Below are positions 52,889 through 64,000 of a stretch of 64,000 nucleotides of DNA, piece after piece. The notes beneath the pieces were generated by a model. The model worked only from the letters and a program-made list of their open reading frames with translations. It did not search any database and was not told the origin of the DNA. How positions within the stretch are numbered: the first letter of the stretch is position 1; every line of letters begins with the position of its first letter. This DNA is from Owenia fusiformis (taxonomy: Eukaryota), in NCBI GenBank assembly GCA_903813345.2, contig CAIIXF020000001.1:1674001-1738000 (forward strand). The letters run 5' to 3'. The position numbers and the translations under genes are program-made.

Positions 52889-53412
52889 CTAAGTTCTTCG
52901 CCAGCTAAAATGTCACTCGACTTTTTGGCAATTAAAAGTCCCTGCCTGCATTTAGTAGTCATATATTGTCATGTGCATAATTTTGAAACCATATCCTAAT
53001 TATTTCACAAACCCTTTGTTGATTCTGCCATGGTTTCCAATTTGTAAACAGCATTTAGCCTTTTTAATTGGGAACTTTTTTGAAATTTCCAAAATGGCTG
53101 CCATGTGATTCCAGAATTAACATGAGTGTGACGTGACATCACAGTTGCTCGTTCCTAGGTAACAACAAGATCACAATTGCTCGTTTCTATATAGCAACAA
53201 GATTTTTGATAAAATGGCACAGAATTACCCTGATTAACACCCTTAAAATCCGATTTTCAAAGAATATATTTGGAGAAACAATAAAAGGTAAGTGGAATAA
53301 ATTAGAAGATGGTTTCAAGTTACCACAGAAGTCAATTTGAAACTCAAAAATGCTTTCTTTGACTCATAATCACAAAAAAGTCGAGTGACATTTTAGCTGG
53401 CGAAGAACTTAG
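52889..53412. mobile_element. 524-bp MITE with perfect 38-bp TIRs in the GNAT-MAPK15 intergenic region
   Basis: CTAAGTTCTTCGCCAGCTAAAATGTCACTCGACTTTTT and its exact reverse complement ending at 53412. Confidence 0.85.
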
Positions 53413-53666
53413 GACTTCTAGATTTCTATGGCTAGATACTAAGTCGGTACGGCGGGTGCTAGAACTGCAGATATTTATATCCAAAGTTCTCGATACATTT
53501 GTTTTTAACTCAAACATCGATCCTTTTCGAGTTGATTGGATTGGTTGCCCATTTAGAATGAAAAACAGTAAAATTGTGAAAATTAAATTTTTTTGTGAAT
53601 TTTCTTTTCCGGCGGAAGTCTTTGTCTCGGCTATTTCCGTGATAGTCCGGATGATTCCGGAGGTTT

Positions 53667-53712
53667 GTTGTCATGGATACCCGCTGTAAATGCACAAGAT
53701 TTGATGACGTCA
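53667..53712. promoter_or_regulatory. RFX X-box (GTTGTCATGGATAC, 53667-53680) and CRE palindrome (TGACGTCA, 53705-53712) upstream of MAPK15
   Basis: Motifs seen directly within 100 nt of the ATG at 53764. MAPK15 is a known cilium-associated kinase and RFX factors control ciliary genes. Confidence 0.7.
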
Positions 53713-53763
53713 GAGATTTATGTGTAAAATAAAATAACTCCAGTTGCAGAAAATTATTTCAAA

Positions 53764-56700
53764 ATGAGCTCAGATATAGAGGCTCATGTGACAAAGAAGT
53801 ATGAGATAAAGAAACGGCTAGGTAAAGGGGTAAGTAGAGAATACTTTTGGCCCAAATGTTTTACGATGAGCGTCAAAGTGCTGCGAAATGCACCGTTTTT
53901 CGAATGAGTAATTTCAAATCATCGGCATCGCAATATTTTTCAATTCTCAATTCGTGCCTGGAACCGACACTGTGGCTAATCAGGGGCGGGTCAGGGAATG
54001 AACAAGGGGGGGGGCCCAATAATTCCGGTCAGATAAAAAAAGTTACGAGCTTGCGCCCAAAAAAAAACCCAAAAGTGGGCCCAAATTTTGAAATTTTGAG
54101 GCCCATTTTCATCAAAATTTGGCCTAAAATAAAAAAATAAGGCCTTATAAGGCCCATTTATGACCATAAAGGCCCTTAAGCCCTTTTTTGGCCCCATTTT
54201 TTTATCTGGCCCCACCCAAGAGGGGGGGGGCAGGGCCCCAGAGGGACTCCATCAAACTTCGATATGTGGAGTTACTTTGTCGCAGGGCTACTTCAACCAT
54301 CGGGTTATTTCGACCATGCCCGATTCTTCAAATTTCATGGTTAGGCCAGCTTGGATTAGATCTCGCGCATTGGAGATTTTGATTTATTTTTTAAATTTTC
54401 TAAAACCAAACATGGTAGATTGCGTAGATTTAAATAATAATCCATAGTCGAAGATGAATTAACGTAGAAGTTTGACGCAGGGCCCTTAAAGCTTGGCTAA
54501 ATCTGTTTATGAACTCTGTGATAATAACTCAAACTCATTGTGGTCAGGGAACATGTATGTAACAACCCATGGGTGCCTCTGGGGAGCCAGATGCTGGCTC
54601 GAGCTATGTACATATTTCTTACCTCAATCGATTCTAGACACTAGCCTAAATGTTCTCTCAAAGCAAAAACAGTTTCAGCTGTCTCAAATTGCAGAGGTAT
54701 TTAATAAATCTTTGAATCAATCAATTTTGGGAATTATTTCTGAGTACATAACGAGCGTATAGAGTGAGGTTACCTCCAGTTTATTTGTATCTGGAAACTG
54801 GATGTAATCTCATTCTGTAATGCTCGTACTGCACATGGATATATTCTCTGAAGTTGATGGTGAACATTTTGAAATACTGGGCGATTTAAAAATTGAAATA
54901 TTGTCATCAAAATTTCAGGAAACCGCTAATCTGTTCAACTAGAAATTTTGTCATCAAAATTCCAGGAAAATCACTTATCAGTTCAATTTGAAATTTTTAC
55001 AGAGCAACAACAGACTGGTGCCAAGATCTGATCAGGTTTTGGGTATGCAGGCTAAATTATACGGTGGTCATTTTGAATTCTTTGATGAATTGGCCATTTT
55101 GAATTTTTCAACTTGCTTCAAATTGACCAATTTTTTTTGGAAAAAATCCTTTTGAAGTTCTCAGGTTCTGACTATTAAGATTTGACCTTTGTTTGGTCTT
55201 CAGTGCCCTCCGAAAGGTAAAAACATTCTTTGGGTCAGCTTAATTACAAAAGGCCAACCGAGGTCTGAAAAAGTGACATTTTCAAGGCCAAGGTCGAACT
55301 AGGTCACCGAAGATGTTGTTATCTAAGCTTCTCATAGTAAGACACTACAAATCGATTCTCCCAGAGATTTTGAATCTACATTCACTTCCGTTACATTTGT
55401 AATTCCATTCTGAAAGTGTTTCCGAAATTGATGATGGACATTTTGAACTTGATATTACATTGACTCACTGAACTGAAGGGAATATCTCAGCAAGTTGAGA
55501 TTACCAATGCTTCCATTACCAAGGGAGAAGTTAAAGACTTGCAAAACGTTGATGTCAGGTAATCGACTAAATTCTTAGAACTTCGAAGAGTGTTTTATGG
55601 TACATATCCTATAATATTCTTTCATATTTCAGGCATATGGTATAGTATGGAAGGCATTAGACAAAAGGACGGGGGAGGTGGTAGCATTGAAAAAAATATT
55701 TGATGCCTTCAGAAATCAAACAGATGCCCAGGTAAGCCCTTCTACATCAGATTATGTTCAGCATGTTATATTACTTTCATTGATTTTCTATGTACTTTAC
55801 AGTTTTGTTAATAGCTGTCACATTAGTTATATATTTAACAATATATTTATTATATAACAACGTAAATTACGTACATATGTTACTTTTAAAACAGACTTTA
55901 AACCAGATCAATTCATTTTATGTGACTTGCCAAGAGGCACTAGATCACTGATTTCACAGTTTCGGTATGGAATTCTACCTTTGCATATTGAAACTGGCAG
56001 ATTTGTAAATACCGATGTAAATGAGCGTTTTTGTAACATTTGTAAGTCGGGTGAAATTGAAGATGAAAAGCATTTTATTTTTGATTGTAGTGCATATAGG
56101 AAAAAAAGAAATGAGTTCTTTGAAAAATTGGAAATAGAGAGTTTGACTTTAAGTGACATTTTTAAAAGTAAAAGATACACTAAGATGTTTGGTCAGTATT
56201 TAATTGACATAATGCAGATCAGGAAAGACTTTATTTTTAAACAATAATTAGCTATTTTAAAATGTTCAAATGTGTCTCATAAGCCCAGATAGGGCTGGTT
56301 GTATGATATGATACAAGTGACACTTTAATAAAATAAATAAATAAATATTTAATTCTGTGAACATATTCTGACCTGTATATGTCATACATATACAATTGTG
56401 TAAAATAGGAAACTTCTTACGTGCAATTAGTGTGTTCACTGCCAAACATTTGTCTTTCACACTTAATTTGACTTAATGACTTAATGTCACTGTATTTTTA
56501 TTTTACAAGTTGCCAAAATAGTCTTAAGTAATGATAATGATAAAAAGTACGGTATTATATACTTTCTTCAAAATTGCCAACAATTTTATTGAAAGCACCT
56601 CATCGTGTAAGACATTCAAAAGTCCCCATGGTACAATTTCTTACTATTCTTATTTTTAGAGAACATTCCGAGAGATTATGTTTCTACAAGAATTTGGCGA

Positions 56701-59700
56701 TCACAATAACATTGTTAAACTTCACAATGTTATGAGAGCTGAAAATGACAAAGATATATACCTCGTATTTGAATTCATGGGTAAGCAATTCAAACAAAAT
56801 ATCATAATTATCTGCAAAATAAGACAGACTGCGCTGTCTTACTCCTGAACCTAGTCTAGCTACAAGCCCCTGTGACACCCTCCCCCTATTACACACACCT
56901 CTGTTGTTGAAGTAGATGGGGGGGGGTTTAGAGGCTTGAAGCAAGACTATTCTCAACCAGTTACCTCTTATAAGTGAGTCTGATAACAGATCTCAGAATA
57001 CACTAGTTTTCCAAATCAGTTTTGTCTCAAAAACAATATACGAGGGTTGATCCAAAAGTTCTGAACCGTTTGCTCTAAAAATCTTAAAACTTTATGAATA
57101 TTGTTCATATTTGGCCATTTTTATATGAACAATATTCATATTAAGATTTTTAGAGCAAACGGTTCGGAACTTTTGGATCAACCCTCATACAGTAGAATGT
57201 GTTAAATGATCGGTAACATTTTATTCTCTAGAAAAATTACACTATTGTGACATTAATATTATGTTTTTAACATTGATTTTCATATTTTTATAGACACAGA
57301 TCTGCACAATGTAATAAAGCGTGGAAATATTCTAAAGGATGTACACAAACGATATATTCTGTATCAGTTGTGCAAAGCAACTAAATATCTACACTCAGGA
57401 AATGTAATACACAGGGACCAAAAAGTAAGAAAAAATCTTAACTCCCAACATTTCCATTATAATAGAATATGAAAGGATTTTTATGAAAAAAACTTTGTTT
57501 CATCAATTAATGTGATTCACAATACAAAATTATTTAATAAGTGATCTTTGCATGTTATTAAAACTATTGACCTTTAAAAAGCTAACTATTTCCAGTTAGA
57601 ACCTACAACTTAGCTACTACATGTTACAATTAAAACATCCTTGGCCCAAGAGTAATTCATGAGCTGCTATGAAAGCAGTGAAGGATCGATCTTGAAGGAT
57701 GCAATTAAAATCATATTCAAATATCTTATTCTAGCCATCAAATATTCTACTGGATGGTGAGTGCTTTGTGAAACTATGTGACTTTGGTCTGGCTAGATCT
57801 CTCTCCCAGCTGGACATGGAGGAAGGAGGTGATCCTAACCTCACAGAATATGTAGCCACACGCTGGTACAGGGCTCCTGAAATACTGCTGGCTTCACACA
57901 AGTATGTAGAATTTTCTTGTACAATCATTCATTACTTTCTTGCTTAGTTTTAAATAACGAAGCTCTCTTTTAAGAAGCAAAGTCAAATGAATGGAGAGTA
58001 CTTTCTCACTTTACCATTGTATCTTTGTTCAATTGGCAATGGTAGTTTCTCACTTTACCATTGTATCTTTGTTCAATTGGCAATGGTAGTTTCTCACTTT
58101 ACCATTGTATCTTTGTTCAATTGGCAATGGTAGTTTCTCACTTTACTATTTTATCTTTGTTCAAATGGTAGTTTCTCACTTTACCATTGTATTTTTGTAC
58201 CAGGTATACCAAGGGTGTTGACATGTGGTCTGTGGGTTGTATTCTTGGTGAATTACTACTTGGAAAGCCACTATTTCCTGGTACATCAACTCTCAATCAA
58301 ATAGAAAGAATCATGTCAACAGTTCCTCGACCAACAAAAGAAGGTACAGTCTTGAATTGCTGAATCAAAATGTTTTGTCTGATTCAAAAATAATGTTTGA
58401 CTTGTTTGTACATCTCTTGTAGCTCATTACACATCATTTATCAATTTTGTTGATGTATCCTAGTTAATGTAATCTATGCTCAAAAGTCAATGCAATCCTA
58501 GTTTTAATAATGCAATCCTAGTTTTAATAATGCAATTCTAGTTTTATGTTACCAGGTCTATGTACACTTTATATTCCAAAATATTTAGAAATAATTCAAA
58601 TTCTCAAAAAGAGTAGATTTGTTTTTAATGTGCATGTATTATGGTTATTTTTTGTTCTTCAGATATAGAGAGTATTAATTCAACTTATGGTGCTTCAGTT
58701 CTGGATAAAGCAACGCGATGGTAAGTCGATAACATATTCATTTAAAAAGTAAACCATTCTTGTGAAAGTTGTGCATTGTCCACCAAATGGATAATTCAAT
58801 GATGCGTCCCTGGTGAAAAGAGATTGGTCTCAAAAGATGATCACTCCTCATACGATAAAAGTTGATGGATCAAATTATTGATGTATCCATAGCATGTAAT
58901 CACATGTATCAATTTCAATATATTAATAATGAATTTACTCCAGACTTGTTAATGAAATATCTAATGATTCTTTTATAAGAAGCAATGTTTGATTCAAAAT
59001 TGCAAAAAATCTTGTAGTTGTAAGTATCGATATATCATAATGAGTGGAGGTATAAACTTCATTTTAATAATGTTAAATTAAGTTGCTATGTGTAATAATG
59101 TTAAGAATACAACAATTTATTTCAGTCCACGTAAGAACTTAGAAGAGATGATTCCCGATGCACCAGATGATGCTATAGATATGTTAAAGAAACTGCTGCA
59201 TTTTAATCCTGGGAAACGCATGACAGCAGATGAGGCCCTTAGACACCCTTACCTATCTAGGTACACAGCTACAGTAAAACCTTTCCAAGTGGAACACATT
59301 TAGTACCTCTAAAAAGTGTTCCACTTGGGAGCTGTTCCACTTATAGAGGTTCATTTAACATTAAGTCATTTGGCATTGGGTCTCTAAAAAGTGATCCACT
59401 TCTATAGGTGTTCCACTTGACAGGTTTCGCTGTAATTGATACTAACTTATGCACTGTTATTATACAAATAGTGACTGCCATTGAGGGCAATAGTATACAA
59501 ATAGTGACTGCCATTTAGGGAAATAGTGCAAAATATTTTCCTCAAGGGTATATCCTGTCCAATGTCAGTGGACAGGATATTCCCGAGAGGAAAATTTTTA
59601 CACTATTTCCCGAAAATGTGGCAGTCACTATTTGTTTTATTATATACCTGATAAGTACTCTGTAAACAAAAACAAAATGAGAAGTCTTTTCATTTCAATA

Positions 59701-62700
59701 TCAAATGTTCACAGGTTCTTATTGGCATTTAAAGGCATTTTACCTTTCAACTCCTATAATCTCAGATTTGGGGGAAGATAAAACGTACTATTGACTGGTC
59801 ACATGACCTAACTGGTGATAAGTACAATTCATCTTCCCTGAAAGCAGGGATTTAGGACTTTCCAGGGAATTAGTTCATCTATTCCATGTCATGTGACCAT
59901 GAATAAGCCAATGAGCATCTAGAATACATTTGAGGTATATAATAATGTAAATTATTTCCCCGAGGGAATATCCTCTACAATGTACTATTCCCGAAGCCGC
60001 AGGCTGAGGGAATAGTACATTGTAGAGGATATTCCCAAGGGGAAATCATTTACACTATTGCTCGAAATTAGACAGTCACTATTTGTTTTATTATATACCC
60101 TATACTGACTCTTTTCCCGTTTCCTCTGCGAAGGCCAAAAAGGCTTAGAAAGCCCCCTCCCCGGGTCCATTGTTAGCACTATAAGCTGTGACGTCATCAG
60201 GTGCTCAACAGAAATTTTTGCCTCTGAGACTCTCACTTGACAAATTCAATTGCGTTTAACACGCGGAATAGTTTATCATAACACTTGAAATTACACAGAC
60301 GTATTGAGCTTAGGGAACTTTATACACGTTGCTTATATTGTATCGTTCACGCACGTCTGTCATGGTGAACGGAGTTGATTTGTGTTTGTGCTCATCCTCC
60401 ATTTTTCTGTTTTTCGTCTGCGCAGTGATGATGAGCAGACGTTTCCAAGGGTAATAGAACTTGCAATTGTGACGTCAGCGGGCAATAGTTCAAATGTATA
60501 TTCCCGCTGACGTCACATTTGAGGGAATATAACTTTCCAAGGGAAATAGTAAATCTATTTCGGAACACGTGACTAGGTATTGACCAATCAGGATTAGTGT
60601 TACATATTGGGTATATAATAATATTATTTATTTGATGATATTTGAGATACATAGTGTTTCAAATAGAATAGGAATTCACATGACAGATTGATTACTGCTC
60701 TGTTGACAGGTTTCACAATCCAGCTGAGGAACTTGGTATAGGACGTGATGTGAAACCTCCTCTCAGCGATGACATACAACTCTCTGTTAATGAATATAGA
60801 GAAAAACTTTATGAAGTGAGTCCATTTTAACATACTTAAGAGTTGACACTATCAATTTTCATCCTTCTGAGGTTTTAGCTCAAATAAACTATATAAGAAA
60901 GTAGATACCATTTTCTGGTCCATAATCATCAATCTCTCAAAATGCATTCATTTTTTAAATATGATATCTTGCATTTTATATTTTGCATTGTTAGAAAGGA
61001 TAGGTATCGATATGGTGAATTGAATTCAACAATGTTTTTCTCTTAAACCAATTATTGAAAACATTCTGTAAAAAACACAGTATTTTATGTAATGTTGACT
61101 GATTGACAACAATTTAATGTGAAAATTATTTAGAGATATTTTATATAACTGTTTTTGTTAATGTTTTTTATTTTATATAACTGTTAACCTTTTTTGTTTT
61201 TTAGTGCAATTGTTTTTGCTCCTTTCTACCAATTCTTGAAAATGAAATAAAATGTCTTTCCGGAACTTGTTGGAACAAAATAGCATATATGTTTTTAGAC
61301 CTCTCAATATTATAGTTATACAAAGGAATTTTTGGTTGATTTTAAAAAAGTATTCAAAAAATTAAATCAAAATCCCCCAAAATAGATAAAAATCAAGATA
61401 AACCTTTTATTTCATTAACAAGATACTTTTTTAAAATCAACCAAAATTTCCTTTGTACAATTACAATATTGAGAGACCTAAACATGTTGTGTTTATGTCG
61501 TTTTGTTCCAATGAAAACATGATACCAAGAACAATGACAGGTGTCTGCTGTCTAAAACAATATAGATGAAAGTATATATATATTTTTCAAATTATATTGT
61601 TGCCATTCAAAAGATGACCATTAAATTGACGATGTGTTAAATTTTTAGATTTTTTTATGACTGGTTTAAGCTACAGTGTTCAAAAAGTTCACTATATCGG
61701 TACCACTCCTTTTTTAAAAATATTTATCCCCCATCTTGTTCATTACTAATGCTGCCACCTGTTATTAGCCAACGGGAGAGACAGAAATATTCAAATCTCC
61801 ATCTGTAGACTAGTCCATTGTTATACATTTTAGATGATTATTATGCATCCATAGACTAGTCGATTGTTATACATTTTAGATGATTATGCATCCATAGACT
61901 AGTCGATTGTTATACATTTTAGATGATTATGCATCCGTAGACTAGTCTATTGTTATACATTTTAGATGATTATGGAAAAGAAGTTAGAGCGTCGTAGAAA
62001 AAGAAAAGAGGACCGGTTACAAAAAGTAGCAACAAATGATTCCGATAAAGAACAATCAATGCCTGCCCAAGCAGTCACTCATAATGGGCACAATGGCCAG
62101 GCATCACCAGCGTCAAAGAAAGAGCGAAGTATGAATGGTGAACAACAACAAAATGATAAACTGTTCTATGGTAAGAAAGGCTAAGGCACCGATGTCATAA
62201 TCCTATATAATTAGACTATTAGATACCATGATTAATGCACATGAACAAATAGAAATGTGGGTGCCTCATAAGGTCTTAGAACTTACTGGTTAATACATGT
62301 TATTTTAAAACCAGATTAGACAACTAGAGCAGTTATACTATTTCATATACATCTTGAATAAGTTGGCCTCCATTATAACTGAATGACTGAGCCTCTAAGA
62401 CTGCATCACTTACAGTATGTCACTCAACCTTGTTCATATTTATTGCCTTATTTATTTATTTATTATTGTATTTAATATTGTATACTAAATCTCTTAAATG
62501 TTGTACTTGTAGGTGTTGCATTTGGCCGTACGACCAATCAGCCACCACCTCATCATCATCAACGTCGTCCTAGCTCTGGGTTGCCACGACAACGAAGTCT
62601 TGAGAACATCAACGCAACTAATAATTTACAAAATGTAAGTTTTCCAAATCACTGCTTCAAACTCATGCTGAAACTGTAATTAAGAAACCAAGCAAGACTA

Positions 62701-63718
62701 AATTCAAGAGAGCTTTAATAATTATGATAATCTTCATTTTAGACCAAAGATGAACAGGTGAGTATTTAATAAGCTTTTAGTTCTTCAGAAGGAATTATTT
62801 ATAATCACTAGACATATTGTTCTTTTCAACATTCCCTTGTAAATTGCATGGTGTATTTGTTTTGTCTATACTGATTCATCCATATTTTACAATGTTAATA
62901 CTAGATTTCATGTAGTTTTGAGTGAATGTCTACATTAATTTAGATTTTATTTAGATCTCAATGCACTATGCCATTGTACAATCCTATTGCCCTTTGTCAT
63001 TATACTGTTTTACTGTACTTCACCACTTGTCAATTCACTGTTTATTGTACTTCATTACTGTACATTGCCACCATATTTGTCTATGTGCTTTGTCAATTTA
63101 CTGTGTCACTGTACTTTGCCGCTGTATGACTTTGTCAATTTACTGTGTCACTGTACTTTGCCGCTGTATGACTTTGTCAATTTACTGTGTCACTGTACTT
63201 TGCCACTGTATGATCTCACTGTACTTTGCTACTGTATGATGTCACTGTACTTTGCCACTGTACTATGTCACTGAACTTTGTCAATGTACTTTGCTACTGT
63301 ACTATGTCACTGTACTTTGCTACTGTACTATGTCTCTCTACTTTGTCAATGTACTTTGCTGCTGTACTATGTCACTGTACTTTGTCAATGTACTTTGCTA
63401 CTGTAATATGTCACTGTACTTTGTCAATATATTTTGCCACTGTACTATGTCACTGTACTTTGTCAATGCACTGTCTACTATTATAGTGTGTAACTAAAAC
63501 TTAGACTTAGGTTTAGAATGCACTGAATAGTTTTGTATCAAATCCTTGTATATCCCCTCTTCTTAAAAACAAACTTGATAAGAAGAGACGGGATCAGCAA
63601 TTTGGTATGCAAGACTATAACTAGCATGTGCACTGTGTGTTTGTTTCTTAGTTACCACCAGTGAGAAGACGTCCTCCATTTGCTACCAATGGTTACTACC
63701 CAGGAGTACCAGAGGCTA
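53764..63718 (+). CDS. MAPK15: Mitogen-activated protein kinase 15 (ERK7/ERK8), 3'-incomplete; exons 53764-53829, 55633-55731, 56660-56780, 57294-57424, 57735-57901, 58204-58343, 58663-58720, 59126-59260, 60710-60815, 61966-62170, 62513-62634, 62743-62757 (microexon), 63652-about 63718 (end uncertain)
   Basis: [46 protein letters not shown], the MAPK15-diagnostic [28 protein letters not shown] and [12 protein letters not shown]. Junctions are GT-AG and phase-consistent through 62757. Confidence 0.96.
55870..56346 (+). mobile_element. 5'-truncated non-LTR retrotransposon (LINE) 3' end in MAPK15 intron 2
   Basis: ORF remnant [41 protein letters not shown] is the C-terminal CCHC knuckle typical of LINE ORF2 (RTE-X-like from memory), followed by a short UTR and an (AATA)n tail at 56327-56346. 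Confidence 0.85.
56852..56949. mobile_element. Small TAGTCT-terminated MITE related to 4156-4271; another relative at 63528-63617
   Basis: TAGTCTAGCTACAAGCC ... GGCTTGAAGCAAGACTA. Confidence 0.65.
57041..57187. mobile_element. Mariner-like palindromic MITE (near-perfect 147-bp hairpin)
   Basis: TA|CGAGGGTTGATCCAAAAGTTCTGAACCGTTTGCTCTAAAAATCTTAA with its reverse complement ending in TA, plus the inner pair TATGAATATTGTTCATAT / ATATGAACAATATTCATA. Confidence 0.85.
58002..58203 (+). repeat. 44-bp tandem array forming the 3' end of MAPK15 intron 5
   Basis: Units start at 58002, 58046, 58090, 58134 and 58172; the last ends in the real acceptor CAG at 58203. Confidence 0.95.
59272..59432. mobile_element. 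pogo/Tigger-like MITE, copy 2, 11 nt after the MAPK15 exon 8 donor
   Basis: TA|CAGTAAAACCTTTCCAAGTGGAACAC ... GTGTTCCACTTGACAGGTTTCGCTG|TA. Confidence 0.8.
59455..60625. mobile_element. Two tandem related hairpin-plus-TIR modules in MAPK15 intron 8
   Basis: Hairpins at about 59497-59634 and 59955-60046, each followed by CAGTCACTATTTGTTTTATTATATACC and closed later by GGTATATAATAAT (59934, 60610). Confidence 0.7.
61003..61704. mobile_element. Degenerate foldback/MITE in MAPK15 intron 9
   Basis: Outer GGTATCGATATGGTGAA / TTCACTATATCGGTACC and inner inverted arms of about 85 bp (61270-61355 / 61423-61511). Confidence 0.65.
61806..61974 (+). repeat. 43-46 bp tandem array spanning the MAPK15 exon 10 splice acceptor (4 copies)
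   Basis: ATTGTTATACATTTTAG|ATGATTAT recurs with exon-side starts at 61834, 61880, 61923 and 61966. Confidence 0.95.
63040..63478. repeat. Low-complexity minisatellite of GTCACTGTACTTT / GCTACTGTACTAT units
   Basis: 12-13 bp subunits in higher-order 25-39 bp repeats within a MAPK15 intron. Confidence 0.9.
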
Positions 63719-64000
63719 GTATCTTCTATCTAACTTATACTTTATTTCATGTAGTACACTGTAGTATCTTTTTGATATATATATAGTTCACTTATCACTT
63801 TTTTATTTACTAAACCAGTGTGCATAACTACTAATAATCAACTAATAGGAAGTCTTTTTTCATTGATTGTTTCAAATGCTTGTTGCCCAGATACAGTGTT
63901 TCTTTGCATGCTCCATTCCTCTCAGTGTGCATATAATGATGCCAGAAATGATAACTGAGAAAATACTCCTTTTTTCATGAAACATGATCAGCTGTTTGAT

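Noticed and set aside
57410-57424. HRDQK instead of HRDLK as a sign of a pseudokinase
   Set aside because: HRDQKPSN is the normal MAPK15 catalytic loop; the catalytic Lys, DFG and TEY are intact.
62961-63497. Cys-rich repetitive ORFs resembling metallothionein or keratin-associated proteins
   Set aside because: They are multi-frame translations of an intronic minisatellite with no splice or start support.

Overview
AT-rich, intron-containing animal genomic DNA. The gene and repeat content suggest a lophotrochozoan invertebrate, probably a mollusc (inference). I assembled seven spliced or single-exon protein-coding genes by hand from GT-AG sites and phase continuity: an SLC7A4-like cationic amino acid transporter (+), PHTF (+, 18 coding exons), a secreted Cys-rich protein with a chitin-binding type-2-like C-terminus (-), an orphan disordered 494-aa protein (+), a TCF23/TCF24 bHLH factor (-), an orphan GNAT-fold acetyltransferase (-), and MAPK15/ERK7-8 (+, incomplete at the window end). 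The GNAT gene and MAPK15 are head-to-head across a region carrying RFX X-boxes. Introns and intergenic DNA hold many non-autonomous DNA elements (MITEs, foldbacks, Helentron/DINE-like elements), LINE remnants and simple repeats. The most unusual signal is three unrelated tandem arrays that each multiply a real splice signal. One gives four in-frame donors in the transporter, one gives four acceptors in MAPK15 (three lead to an immediate stop just after the kinase domain), and one is a hairpin-bearing branch-point/pyrimidine array in MAPK15. I found no prokaryotic features, CRISPR arrays, rRNA or tRNA. No searches were run; family names come from recalled motifs.
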